Translations under genes and position numbers: made by a program
Part shown: positions 19,347 through 28,031 of the stretch, piece by piece
How positions within the stretch are numbered: the stretch's first letter is position 1
Layout of the letters: every line of letters begins with the position of its first letter
Source of the DNA: Candidatus Dojkabacteria bacterium
Lineage (GTDB): Bacteria > Patescibacteriota > Dojkabacteria > SC72 > JAHDCA01
Length of the DNA: 64,000 nucleotides
Assembly: GCA_030583845.1 (NCBI GenBank)
Contig: CP129478.1
Span: 907,686 to 971,685, forward strand
Direction of reading: 5' to 3'
Notes under the pieces: generated by a model
Database searches by the model: none
Seen by the model: only the letters and a program-made list of their open reading frames with translations
Told to the model about the DNA's origin: nothing

Positions 19347-19895
19347 ATGAACCCCGAGATACTAAAGAAAATTGAAGCTGACCAGTACAAGAACAGACCA
19401 GATGTCCAGGTTGGTGATCGCGTAAGACTTCACATGTGGATTAAAGAGGGTGGTAAGCAGAGAATCCAGGTGTTCGAGGGTAACGTAATCGCAATCAGCG
19501 GTACTGGCCTAAGCAAGACATTGACAGTCCGCAAGATCTCTTACGGAGTAGGCGTTGAGCGAATCATCCCATTGCACTCACCAAATCTTGAGAAGATCGA
19601 GATCACAAAGCGAGGTAAAGCACGAAGCTCGAAGCTTTACTTCATCCGCGAGCGAGTTGGCCGTATGGCTATGCGTGTCGCAGGTCATAAGGATGTATAT
19701 ATGACCGATGAAGAGGTGAAAGAGGCTGAGAGCGAAGATAGCGCAACCGCAGCAGAAGGTGCAGAGGTGGCTGAGGCTCCAGTCGAGGCAGAAGCTACTG
19801 AGGAGAAGGCTGAAGAGAAGAGCGAAGCCGTTGAGGAAAAAACAGAAGAAAAGTCAGCAGAAGTAAAAGAAGAAGCCAAAGCCGATAAGGAATAG
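19347..19895 (+). CDS. rplS: 50S ribosomal protein L19 with 65-aa acidic Glu/Lys/Ala-rich C-terminal extension
   Basis: Residues 1-115 are canonical L19 (…RIQVFEGNVIAISG…); the tail is low-complexity EEK/AEV. Confidence 0.9.
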   Translation: MNPEILKKIEADQYKNRPDVQVGDRVRLHMWIKEGGKQRIQVFEGNVIAISGTGLSKTLTVRKISYGVGVERIIPLHSPNLEKIEITKRGKARSSKLYFIRERVGRMAMRVAGHKDVYMTDEEVKEAESEDSATAAEGAEVAEAPVEAEATEEKAEEKSEAVEEKTEEKSAEVKEEAKADKE

Positions 19896-19966
19896 TAAGG
19901 AGTAGAATAATAGAGTAGTTTTGCAATTAGCCCATTTGATTTAGAATAGTAAGTAGCGTCTGGTGC

Positions 19967-20040
19967 GCGGGAGTAGTTCAATTGGCTAGAATACCTCCCT
20001 TCCAAGGAGAAGGTTGCGGGTTCGACCCCCGTCTCCCGCT
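19967..20040 (+). tRNA. tRNA-Gly (anticodon TCC)
   Basis: GCGGGAG/CTCCCGC acceptor stem, anticodon loop CTTCCAA, T-loop TTCGACC, discriminator T. CCA is not encoded. Confidence 0.85.
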
Positions 20041-20125
20041 TGTCTACGAACGGAGAGAGTAGCTACAAGCTTAGATACAACTGTACGAGCGCAGCGAGTA
20101 TACTGTTGACTCCCGCTCAAATACA

Positions 20126-20929
20126 CTACGACGACAAAAACCCTCCATCTACCGGCACAATCGCCCCGGTCATATAGCTCGAAATATCACTCACCAACAT
20201 AAGCGCCACCTTCGCAACATCATCGGGCTCACCAATCCTCCCTAGCGGCAACCGCTGCTGGAAATTATAAGCATCCTGCAGCAACCCAAGCTTCAATTTG
20301 AAAAGATCTTTCGCTATCTCACTTGTCCCACCAGTCTTAATTCCACCAGGCAATATCGCATTGACACGAATATGCTTCTCTCCGAAATCCCTTGCCAGCC
20401 CACGTGTAAGTGCAATAACTCCAGCCTTCGAGATCGAATAATGAATCAAACCATCTTGAAGCGGCATCACAGCCTCGATCGAGCCAATATTCACAATATT
20501 TCCTGGCAGGTCTGCTTCGGTCAGCTTTTTAATGAAATTAAAGCACATCCAGTAACTGGAATTCAGGTTCACATCCATCACTTTTTGATACAGCCCCTGA
20601 TCTGTCTCCAAGAAATGTCCAAATGGATAGATACCCGCATTATTGACCAAAATATTTGGTGTCTGCTCAGCAATCTTCTGCCAAAAATCATCAATCTTCT
20701 CTTTTACACCCACGTCTAGGGCAAAAGTCTGGATATTTACCCCGTAGTGAGCAAACTCTTCTGCTGTCGTCTTAAGGTCTGCTTCTGTTCGGCTGATAAG
20801 TATGAGATCAGCCCCGGCCTCGGCAAGCCTGTTGGCGATCCCTTTCCCAATTCCTGAGGTAGCCCCAGTGACGATCGCAAGCTTACCTTTGAGGTTTATA
20901 AGCTCTGAGAGAGGTGTGAGTGGATCCAA
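20126..20929 (-). CDS. SDR-family oxidoreductase (FabG-like)
   Basis: 267 aa; 'AIVTGATSGIGKGIA' Rossmann motif and a YxxxK catalytic region. Confidence 0.8.
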   Translation of the reverse strand: MDPLTPLSELINLKGKLAIVTGATSGIGKGIANRLAEAGADLILISRTEADLKTTAEEFAHYGVNIQTFALDVGVKEKIDDFWQKIAEQTPNILVNNAGIYPFGHFLETDQGLYQKVMDVNLNSSYWMCFNFIKKLTEADLPGNIVNIGSIEAVMPLQDGLIHYSISKAGVIALTRGLARDFGEKHIRVNAILPGGIKTGGTSEIAKDLFKLKLGLLQDAYNFQQRLPLGRIGEPDDVAKVALMLVSDISSYMTGAIVPVDGGFLSS

Positions 20930-21001
20930 TTTACTAAATACTTAATCTTATTATTCTATATTCACAGAATTGGGATCAGAATTCAATCTTGAATTAAAGT
21001 G

Positions 21002-21030
21002 TTGGCGAAATGCGCCGGTAGGTATATAAT
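21002..21030 (+). promoter_or_regulatory. Promoter TTGGCG-N17-TATAAT; the predicted transcription start coincides with the ATG at 21037 (leaderless)
   Basis: -35 at 21002-21007 and -10 at 21025-21030. The ATG lies 7 nt after the -10 element. Confidence 0.4.
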
Positions 21031-21036
21031 CCGGAC

Positions 21037-21660
21037 ATGGCAAAAGTATTTGGTATAGAGATCAAAGCCCCGGATACTTCTAAAGTACCAGACAAAGTGA
21101 AGGTTGGTGTTCCTTTCGCTATAGGTACAATTCTATTACTGTTCTTACTCTGGAGAAATGGTCAGTCAGGTAACGCATCTGCTGGCACAGAGACGATGCC
21201 GACTGGAGTACCAGCACTAGGACTTGTTGATCCCGCTATGGCTGAAGCAATTGAGCAGGTAATGCCGATGGATTCAGTAATGTTTGCAACAGTAGATATT
21301 CATCGTAATCCACAATTTCTTGCATATGTACAACGGCTACGAGCAAATATTGGGCATAGCCCTGAACTGCAACAAACATCAATGGTAGGTGTTGTACCTG
21401 AAAGTGCTCTCCTCTTTGTAGAAACAGCAGATGGTTTTTATGCTAGCGGTCAATACGTAGTGGCAGATAGGATGAGACAGGGCCAAACTAGTTTTACTGG
21501 AAGATATTTTCAAGATCCGACGACAGATGAAAATGGTGAAGAAGCTGATCTTTTCGGGATGGAGATTGTAACAAGAGGTGCTTCAGAAGAGACCAATTGG
21601 GTTATTGGATACATCAAGGGACTTGATCCAGCAACATTTGATCAACTTTACGGCGAATGA
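21037..21660 (+). CDS. Hypothetical membrane-anchored protein
   Basis: 207 aa; one N-terminal TM helix and no recognised domain. Confidence 0.45.
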   Translation: MAKVFGIEIKAPDTSKVPDKVKVGVPFAIGTILLLFLLWRNGQSGNASAGTETMPTGVPALGLVDPAMAEAIEQVMPMDSVMFATVDIHRNPQFLAYVQRLRANIGHSPELQQTSMVGVVPESALLFVETADGFYASGQYVVADRMRQGQTSFTGRYFQDPTTDENGEEADLFGMEIVTRGASEETNWVIGYIKGLDPATFDQLYGE

Positions 21661-21696
21661 GTTGAAACCCCATAGTGTTGGTAGTATAATAATTGT

Positions 21697-22287
21697 ATGC
21701 AAACAGAACGGGGTAAACGTCTCGCATACAAAATAACGCTCACAGCACTTCTCTTTCTCGCCATCATCACTCTGGCTCGACCAGCACACTCTCGTGAGCA
21801 GATCGATAACCTCGTTGACCAGGGAATCGAGCAAGGCAAAGAAGCTGTCAGCGACCTCAAAGAACGACTCCAGAGAGTAAACAACTACTTCCTCATAGGT
21901 CGTGATCTCGAAATTAATACAGACGTTAACGGAAACCTCATAGTCTTCTCAAATAGCGTTGATTTTGAAGGCAATATCAATGGAGGTATGCTTATCTTTG
22001 CAAAAGAGGTGACGATTAAGGGTAAAGTGAGCGACAATTTGTGGCTGTTTGCCAGGGAGGTCGATCTTGATGGAGATATTGATGGTACCGCAAGGATTTT
22101 TACCACTAGCTTAAACCTAAAAGGGAATATAGCTGGCAATCTATTCGCAATTACCTCTGAATCAACCTTTGATGGCAATGTCACGGGCAGGGTGATTGTG
22201 ATCGGTAAAAATGTTGGAGTCGATTCGGAAGATCTGAAAGGAAGATTCTACATACTCTATAAGCGTCCAAAATCAGGAGATAATTAA
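21697..22287 (+). CDS. Bactofilin-like (polymer-forming cytoskeletal, beta-helical repeat) protein with N-terminal hydrophobic segment
   Basis: 196 aa; repeated 'G.I.G.L…V.L.G.I.G' units (…FEGNINGGMLIFAKEVTIKGKVSDNLWLFAREVDLDGDIDGTARIF…) typical of the bactofilin/DUF583 beta-helix. Confidence 0.5.
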   Translation: MQTERGKRLAYKITLTALLFLAIITLARPAHSREQIDNLVDQGIEQGKEAVSDLKERLQRVNNYFLIGRDLEINTDVNGNLIVFSNSVDFEGNINGGMLIFAKEVTIKGKVSDNLWLFAREVDLDGDIDGTARIFTTSLNLKGNIAGNLFAITSESTFDGNVTGRVIVIGKNVGVDSEDLKGRFYILYKRPKSGDN

Positions 22288-22304
22288 TTTTTAATGATAT
22301 TTTC

Positions 22305-22781
22305 ATGAATACAGACCTATTAATTGCAAGAACGATAATAGTATTGACCTCAACAGTGGGCTATCTATTTATTGCGGCACTGCTTTGGAAATTTGCACCG
22401 GTAAAGCTGAAGGTGATGTCGGATAAGCTCGGGGGATTAAGCGAGGCTGTAAGTAGCCTAATTGTTGGCTTGATCGCCATCCCTGTAGCTATTGTCGCGG
22501 CGATCATGTTCCTGTTTACCTTTGTAGGATGGCCAGTTGTACTGATTATGCTCGGATTCTTCATTGTTTTCACGCAGATCTGTTTCCCTGTGGTTGGATA
22601 CTCGTTGGGCAGGAGGGTTGTGCCTAAAGCACAGATATTCTGGCAGATGGCTGCTGGAATTCTACTCCTTGAATTAATTGCATTGATCCCTGCAGTCGGC
22701 GAGTTCATCTGGTTTGTCGTATTCTGCCTTACGATCGGTGCTGCTTTCAGGATGAAGGGGCAGTTTATGAGCGCGAAGTAA
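22305..22781 (+). CDS. Small polytopic membrane protein
   Basis: 158 aa with 4 predicted TM helices, directly downstream of the bactofilin-like gene. Confidence 0.4.
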   Translation: MNTDLLIARTIIVLTSTVGYLFIAALLWKFAPVKLKVMSDKLGGLSEAVSSLIVGLIAIPVAIVAAIMFLFTFVGWPVVLIMLGFFIVFTQICFPVVGYSLGRRVVPKAQIFWQMAAGILLLELIALIPAVGEFIWFVVFCLTIGAAFRMKGQFMSAK

Positions 22782-22820
22782 CGATTGCCGCTTCTGCTTC
22801 GCTGAGTCTATAATCTTGGA

Positions 22821-23750
22821 ATGGAAATCCCCGACAGGCTGAAAGGTCTCTATAAGCATTGGAGTAAGCACACTTTGGCGCAGGTCAAATATGACGAAAA
22901 GGTACTTATTGATTTAGAAGTGCTCGAGTCGATTCGCCAATTTGCAATTGAGAGAATGCTTGTGTGGGAGCGAAAAGAGAGCGGTAAGTCAGCACCTTTT
23001 ACGAAAGACCCGATACTACACAAGCAGCGTTTCTGTAATATCTACCGCGAGCTTGATCGCCAAACTATTGAAACTCATTTACTTCTCGAGTCCTTGCTCA
23101 GCACCCCAAGTGTGTGGCTTCTCAACTTGATGTATTGCAGGCTTGCGTGCAACCCAATAACAGTTAAAAATACTGGGCTGTTAAATTTTAATGAAAATGA
23201 AAATCTTAAAGTTTATCAGCGGCTTATAGAGCATCCACGACCAAAATATGGGACAGCATACGTCTTTCCGATTAATGCAATCGCCAAAACAGGGTTTCCA
23301 ACAAGAGAAGAGTTTTTCTGTCTCTATCTACCCAAGTTAGCCAGAAAGTTATGGGCAGAAATCGAGCAATTTAATGAAACCAGTGTAAACACGGCTTTAG
23401 AACGAATACTCCCACTGCTTGGAGTTAATCTCAAGTTTCATATGACCGAAGTGCTGATTGATGTTGCATATCAATTCCCTGAGAAAATTAATCTGCATAA
23501 AGATTTTCATATTGGACCTGGTGCAATTCCAACTCTGAAATTGCTCTCACACTCTGCTGATCCAGACGCTCTGCTTAATTACCTAGCCACGATCGAGTTA
23601 GAGGATTTCCCATATTTAACTTATAATGGGGTAGGAGTAGCTCTTTCGGCTGAGAACTGGGAAGGGATTGCATGCGAATATAGAAAATATTGCAACTATA
23701 AAGCCGGAAGGGGTAGAAGTAGGCTATACATACAGCCGCAACAGGGCTAA
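22821..23750 (+). CDS. Conserved-looking hypothetical protein (unrecognised family)
   Basis: 309 aa soluble protein, not low-complexity, with clear coding periodicity; motif 'HKQRFCNIYRELDRQTIETH'. I cannot assign a family. Confidence 0.5.
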   Translation: MEIPDRLKGLYKHWSKHTLAQVKYDEKVLIDLEVLESIRQFAIERMLVWERKESGKSAPFTKDPILHKQRFCNIYRELDRQTIETHLLLESLLSTPSVWLLNLMYCRLACNPITVKNTGLLNFNENENLKVYQRLIEHPRPKYGTAYVFPINAIAKTGFPTREEFFCLYLPKLARKLWAEIEQFNETSVNTALERILPLLGVNLKFHMTEVLIDVAYQFPEKINLHKDFHIGPGAIPTLKLLSHSADPDALLNYLATIELEDFPYLTYNGVGVALSAENWEGIACEYRKYCNYKAGRGRSRLYIQPQQG

Positions 23751-23766
23751 TTTTAATGAACTTTTC

Positions 23767-24429
23767 ATGAAAACGGCACTAATTACTGGAGGAAGCAGAG
23801 GGATAGGAAAGGCCCTAGTTGAGAAGTTTCTTAACGAGGGCTATATGGTGATTTCTACTTCAACCTCAGGCTCATTCGATTATTCTAATGAGAACTTAAT
23901 TACGAAGAGGCTTGAACTTGAAGCCCATTATCAGGTAGTCACATTCGCAGAGTGGGCTGGAAAAGAGGGTGCTAAAGTCGATGTGCTGATAAATAATGCG
24001 GCAGTTGCCATCGATAAAGATGCTGAAATTGTGAATATCGCTCTGCTCAGACGCACACTTAATGTGAATTTAATGGGTACTATCCAGCTGACCGAAGAGT
24101 TGCTTCTTCGTGAAGTGATGAAAGACGATTCTATCATCGTGAATATTTCATCGGGCTTTGGCTCGATTACTGAGGATATGGGTAGTGAGTGGCCGGCATA
24201 CAGCATCTCGAAGGCAGCTATAAACAAATACACAAGGCTACTTGCTTCGAGGCTTGAAGACAGGAATATCCGGGTATACAGCTTCGATCCTGGTTGGGTT
24301 AAGACCGATATGGGTGGAGATAATGCTCCAAGAGATCCGAAAGAGCCTGCTGCAGAGATTTTCGAGCTGGTAAAATCTAAAAGTGAGAGTGGATATTTCT
24401 ACCTCGGTACGAAGAAGAGAGATTGGTGA
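23767..24429 (+). CDS. SDR-family oxidoreductase
   Basis: 'MKTALITGGSRGIGKAL' Rossmann motif and 'YSISKAA' catalytic Y-x3-K. The ORF-track start at 23668 overlaps the upstream gene, so the internal ATG at 23767 is preferred. Confidence 0.75.
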   Translation: MKTALITGGSRGIGKALVEKFLNEGYMVISTSTSGSFDYSNENLITKRLELEAHYQVVTFAEWAGKEGAKVDVLINNAAVAIDKDAEIVNIALLRRTLNVNLMGTIQLTEELLLREVMKDDSIIVNISSGFGSITEDMGSEWPAYSISKAAINKYTRLLASRLEDRNIRVYSFDPGWVKTDMGGDNAPRDPKEPAAEIFELVKSKSESGYFYLGTKKRDW

Positions 24430-24496
24430 GGATTTTAGCTGAATTTAATCTTTATGCTGTATCCTATTTACGGGTAATATTGAAATTATTACAAAT

Positions 24497-25219
24497 ATGA
24501 AAAAGATAGTTCTATCAGGCAAAGGTGGCGCAGGCAAAACAACAGTTGCTGCAGAGCTGACCAAGCTGCTTGCGAAGAAAGATAACAAACACCGTGTGCT
24601 CGTGGTCGATGCCGATGCAGCGATGACGCTCCCATTCGCACTGGGCATCAAGTCAAAGTGGGATGATCTAAAGCCACTTGGCGAATTTGAAACCGAAGAT
24701 GGTGAAGACACGGAGCGGGTGTTAGCCCAAATCCAGAAGGATTATGTGAAAAAGGTTGATCAAGATGGACTCCAGTTTGATTTCGCTTATATGGGTCATC
24801 ATAAGATGAATTCCTGTCTCTGTGGCTATAATTCGGCTTTAAACCTATTCTTAGACCTTGCGCGCGAGCATGACCTGTACGATTTTGCGATTGTAGATCG
24901 TGAAGCTGGGATAGAGCATCTTACGAGGAGTGTGTATGGCAAAGAAGACGACTACCTGATGCTTGTGAGCTGGCTCTCTCCGGATTATCTATCGGTGATA
25001 GAGCGAATTAATGACGTCGCCGATGTTATAGGCTCTACAGAAAAGCGGTTAATTATTGTAAACGATATTCTAGGTAGTGCAGACGATGATAGCTCGTCAG
25101 AAGCCATTGAGAAAGTTGGTCTTTCACGCTATCCATATACTATAATGAAGCGAAATAGTGATAAATCAGTGGATTCAAGGCTAATTAACGACATCGCACG
25201 CTTTATCGATATCGAATAG
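24497..25219 (+). CDS. CooC / MinD / ParA-family P-loop ATPase with CxC metal-binding motif
   Basis: 240 aa; deviant Walker A 'GKGGAGKTT' and 'NSCLCGYN' (a CxC, as in the nickel-binding CooC maturation ATPases). Confidence 0.7.
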   Translation: MKKIVLSGKGGAGKTTVAAELTKLLAKKDNKHRVLVVDADAAMTLPFALGIKSKWDDLKPLGEFETEDGEDTERVLAQIQKDYVKKVDQDGLQFDFAYMGHHKMNSCLCGYNSALNLFLDLAREHDLYDFAIVDREAGIEHLTRSVYGKEDDYLMLVSWLSPDYLSVIERINDVADVIGSTEKRLIIVNDILGSADDDSSSEAIEKVGLSRYPYTIMKRNSDKSVDSRLINDIARFIDIE

Positions 25220-25951
25220 GTGGACAAATACAAAAATCATGACAACTGGTCGCAGATTGCTAACAAGCTAACTGCTAAATCCTCGGCTGCTAGCTCGATT
25301 GCAATAAAGTCGAACCTTCTTGGCTCAGCTGATTATCCTTTCACTACGTCTGTGGAGCTGCACGAACTTATTATTGAAACGATACGATCTGTAAGTGAGG
25401 CTGAACTACTGCTGATAGAAAGCGAATTTAATGACGCAAGCTGGAGCCAGCTTCTTGCTGATAAGCCAGAAGTGATTTCATACTTGAAAAAGCACTCTGT
25501 GAAGTTGGTAAGAGCCAACAAAGAAGTCAAAATAGTAGTTGATGAGAGCTTGATAGCACCGCTTTATATCCCAAAAAGTTGGTATGATGCTCAGTTGCGA
25601 ATCAATATCAGCAATGTTGTGGTAAATAAGCACCACTCAGAGAGAAGCCTGCACAGCTCACTCTTAAATCTGGCTACAATTCTATATCGAAAAGATAATG
25701 ACTTTAGCAATTTCTCAAAGAAGGATTATCTTGCAGCTGCGCTGTTTGATCTGAAGAACCTTGATTCAGACGCGCAGGAGCTGCAAAAAAGCTTGCCTAT
25801 CCTCACAATTGTTGATGGGGTAGAGGTAGGTTACACAGACGAGCATTCGCCGTATACTCATGTTGAAAAGCTGGGCAGTTTGCTGGCAGGAGAGGATTTT
25901 AACGCCATTGATAGCGAGCTTCGCAGCCTGCTGAATATCAAAAAAAGATGA
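25220..25951 (+). CDS. Hypothetical protein, translationally coupled to the CooC-like ATPase
   Basis: 243 aa; the GTG start immediately follows the TAG of the upstream gene; no recognised domain. Confidence 0.4.
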   Translation: MDKYKNHDNWSQIANKLTAKSSAASSIAIKSNLLGSADYPFTTSVELHELIIETIRSVSEAELLLIESEFNDASWSQLLADKPEVISYLKKHSVKLVRANKEVKIVVDESLIAPLYIPKSWYDAQLRINISNVVVNKHHSERSLHSSLLNLATILYRKDNDFSNFSKKDYLAAALFDLKNLDSDAQELQKSLPILTIVDGVEVGYTDEHSPYTHVEKLGSLLAGEDFNAIDSELRSLLNIKKR

Positions 25952-27417
25952 AGAAAATCTTACTAATTACAATTCTCACATTGGTAATAGCGGCGCTACC
26001 GTTACTTTTGCCATCTAACAAAGCTGAGGCGCACCCTGTAGATGTCTCTTTTGCCATCATCAATGTCGCAGATGATAACCTGGGCAAAAGATTGCCGCTA
26101 AATGAGGCATACGGCTACGTGAGCATGAACTGGGTTACGGCAGCAGGCTTACTCGGTTTTACAGAAAATCCTGACGGTGCAGTTGAAGTCCTTGGCGAGA
26201 AAGAGCAATTTTTCAACGATTATTTCGCCGAAAAGCTCCAATTATCGAATAACGAGAAACAGTGCACACTATCTTCAGAGATGATCCCGGTGGAAGATTT
26301 TCAACTCTTCTACCTGAATGGCTTAGAATTCCATGTGAGGTTTGTTTGTGAGGATGATCTCGAGAATGTGCATATTAAAAACCGCATCCTGCTAGATGAA
26401 TTTCCAAATCAGACCAATGTTATGAGTGTATACGACCATGCCGGTGAGCTCCTTTACAGTGAAACGCTTGATTCTGAAAAAGACGAATTAGACATTAAGG
26501 TCGAGCGCGAGACAGAACAGGTCGAGGAAGCTGAGGAGGAACAGGAAGAGACAGCAACCGATTCGGCAGCACCTGGTGGATTCACACTTTATGGCAACAA
26601 CTTCATCGCAAATAAGCTAAAGAGCGCTGGTGATCGGACGATGGCTGGCTTTGCGAGCCTGCTTGATTCTGACAACCCATGGTCAAGGATCGGAATACTT
26701 CTGATCGTTGTAGTTCTAGGTGCTTTGCACAGCTTTGAGGGTGGACACAACAAGGTGATTCTTGCAACGATGATGATGAATAATGAAGTAAATCTAAGAG
26801 GAAGCATGATCTATGTCTTCATCTTCACACTGACACATATGTCAGACATCATTATCCTTGCCGTTGGATTGATAATCTTCAATCAGTACATCAACCTATA
26901 CGCTGCACTCCCATATGTTCAGCAATTCTCCATCGTAGCACTGCTAGTACTGTCGCTTTACATTACTGTGAAAGAGCTGATTGTGCTGGTGAAGAAGAAA
27001 AAGTCGGAGGGCAGGGTAAATGAAGTCGTGAGCGATACCGATGAGATTAGCGATCTATTCAAGACAGATAATGAGGTGGAATTAGCATTGGAATCGGCAA
27101 AGCCACATGCGAAGTCAAGAAGTAAGAAGCCTACAACATTTAAAGAGCAGTTTATGGTTGCGTTTGTAGCTGGATTGGCGCCATGTTTGACCGGCTGGAC
27201 GATATTTATCCTCATAGTAAGTTCTGGCTACATATGGCTGCTTCTGCCTGCAACGGTGGCGTTTGGTATAGGCGTCTTCATAGTATTGGCACTATTTGCG
27301 TTCCTAGTGGATAGATTTAAGGGAAAGTTGCTTAATCGTTACAGCTCATTCGCAGATTATGCACCGCTTGCGTCGGGAATTTTGCTACTGATTGTAACCC
27401 TGGTTTCGGTAGTATAG
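25948..27417 (+). CDS. Fusion of DUF1007-like periplasmic domain with NicO/RcnA-type nickel/cobalt permease
   Basis: 489 aa; signal peptide, then 'AEAHPVDVSF' (matching the DUF1007 'AHPHV' start), a roughly 230 aa soluble domain, then 6 TM helices carrying 'HSFEGGHNKV' (NicO 'HxxxPGHGK'-like) and 'GLAPCLTGW'. Confidence 0.55.
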   Translation: MKKILLITILTLVIAALPLLLPSNKAEAHPVDVSFAIINVADDNLGKRLPLNEAYGYVSMNWVTAAGLLGFTENPDGAVEVLGEKEQFFNDYFAEKLQLSNNEKQCTLSSEMIPVEDFQLFYLNGLEFHVRFVCEDDLENVHIKNRILLDEFPNQTNVMSVYDHAGELLYSETLDSEKDELDIKVERETEQVEEAEEEQEETATDSAAPGGFTLYGNNFIANKLKSAGDRTMAGFASLLDSDNPWSRIGILLIVVVLGALHSFEGGHNKVILATMMMNNEVNLRGSMIYVFIFTLTHMSDIIILAVGLIIFNQYINLYAALPYVQQFSIVALLVLSLYITVKELIVLVKKKKSEGRVNEVVSDTDEISDLFKTDNEVELALESAKPHAKSRSKKPTTFKEQFMVAFVAGLAPCLTGWTIFILIVSSGYIWLLLPATVAFGIGVFIVLALFAFLVDRFKGKLLNRYSSFADYAPLASGILLLIVTLVSVV

Positions 27418-27519
27418 AGCTGTAAGAAATGTTGTGGTAGAGCTTACAAATTGTGTAACTAAATGGTAAAATAGGGCGTATAGAATAAGGAAGTTGTAAT
27501 TTTAATTAATGGGGTTAAA

Positions 27520-28026
27520 GTGATGCAAAATACACAACTAAAAGTTCCATATCTCGGTCTATTTTTAATGCTGACCTTGGTGTTTACATTTGGAATAATA
27601 CTTCTGCTCGGCAGTAATAGCGCAGAGGGCAGCAAATCTGTAGATCCAGCCACTGTTCAAGGAACTGATGATGAACTAACTTTAGGAGAGGATGTTGAAG
27701 AAATGGTAATCGAGACATTACAAGAAGGCAGCGGTGACGGTGCAAAAGCAGGAGACTTCATCGAGGTTAACTACGAAGGTAGATTGCTGGATGGGACAAA
27801 ATTTGATAGCTCATATGATCGTGGTCAGACATTTCAATTCACACTTGGTGCTGGAGAAGTGATCGATGGTTGGGACCAGGGGATTGAGGGCATGAAAGTC
27901 GGTGAGAAGCGAAAGCTTACAATCCCATCAGAGCTGGGCTACGGTGAATATGGCAACCCTCCAACAATTCCAGGAGGTGCAGCATTAGTTTTTGAGGTTG
28001 AGTTAGTAAATATCGCACGAAGCTAA
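27520..28026 (+). CDS. FKBP-type peptidyl-prolyl cis-trans isomerase, membrane-anchored/secreted
   Basis: 168 aa; N-terminal TM/signal and an FKBP core '…[48 protein letters not shown]'. Confidence 0.85.
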   Translation: MMQNTQLKVPYLGLFLMLTLVFTFGIILLLGSNSAEGSKSVDPATVQGTDDELTLGEDVEEMVIETLQEGSGDGAKAGDFIEVNYEGRLLDGTKFDSSYDRGQTFQFTLGAGEVIDGWDQGIEGMKVGEKRKLTIPSELGYGEYGNPPTIPGGAALVFEVELVNIARS

Positions 28027-28031
28027 ACAAA

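Noticed and set aside
23668-23766. Upstream extension of the second SDR gene
   Set aside because: It overlaps the preceding CDS by 83 nt. The Rossmann motif begins at the internal Met (23767).
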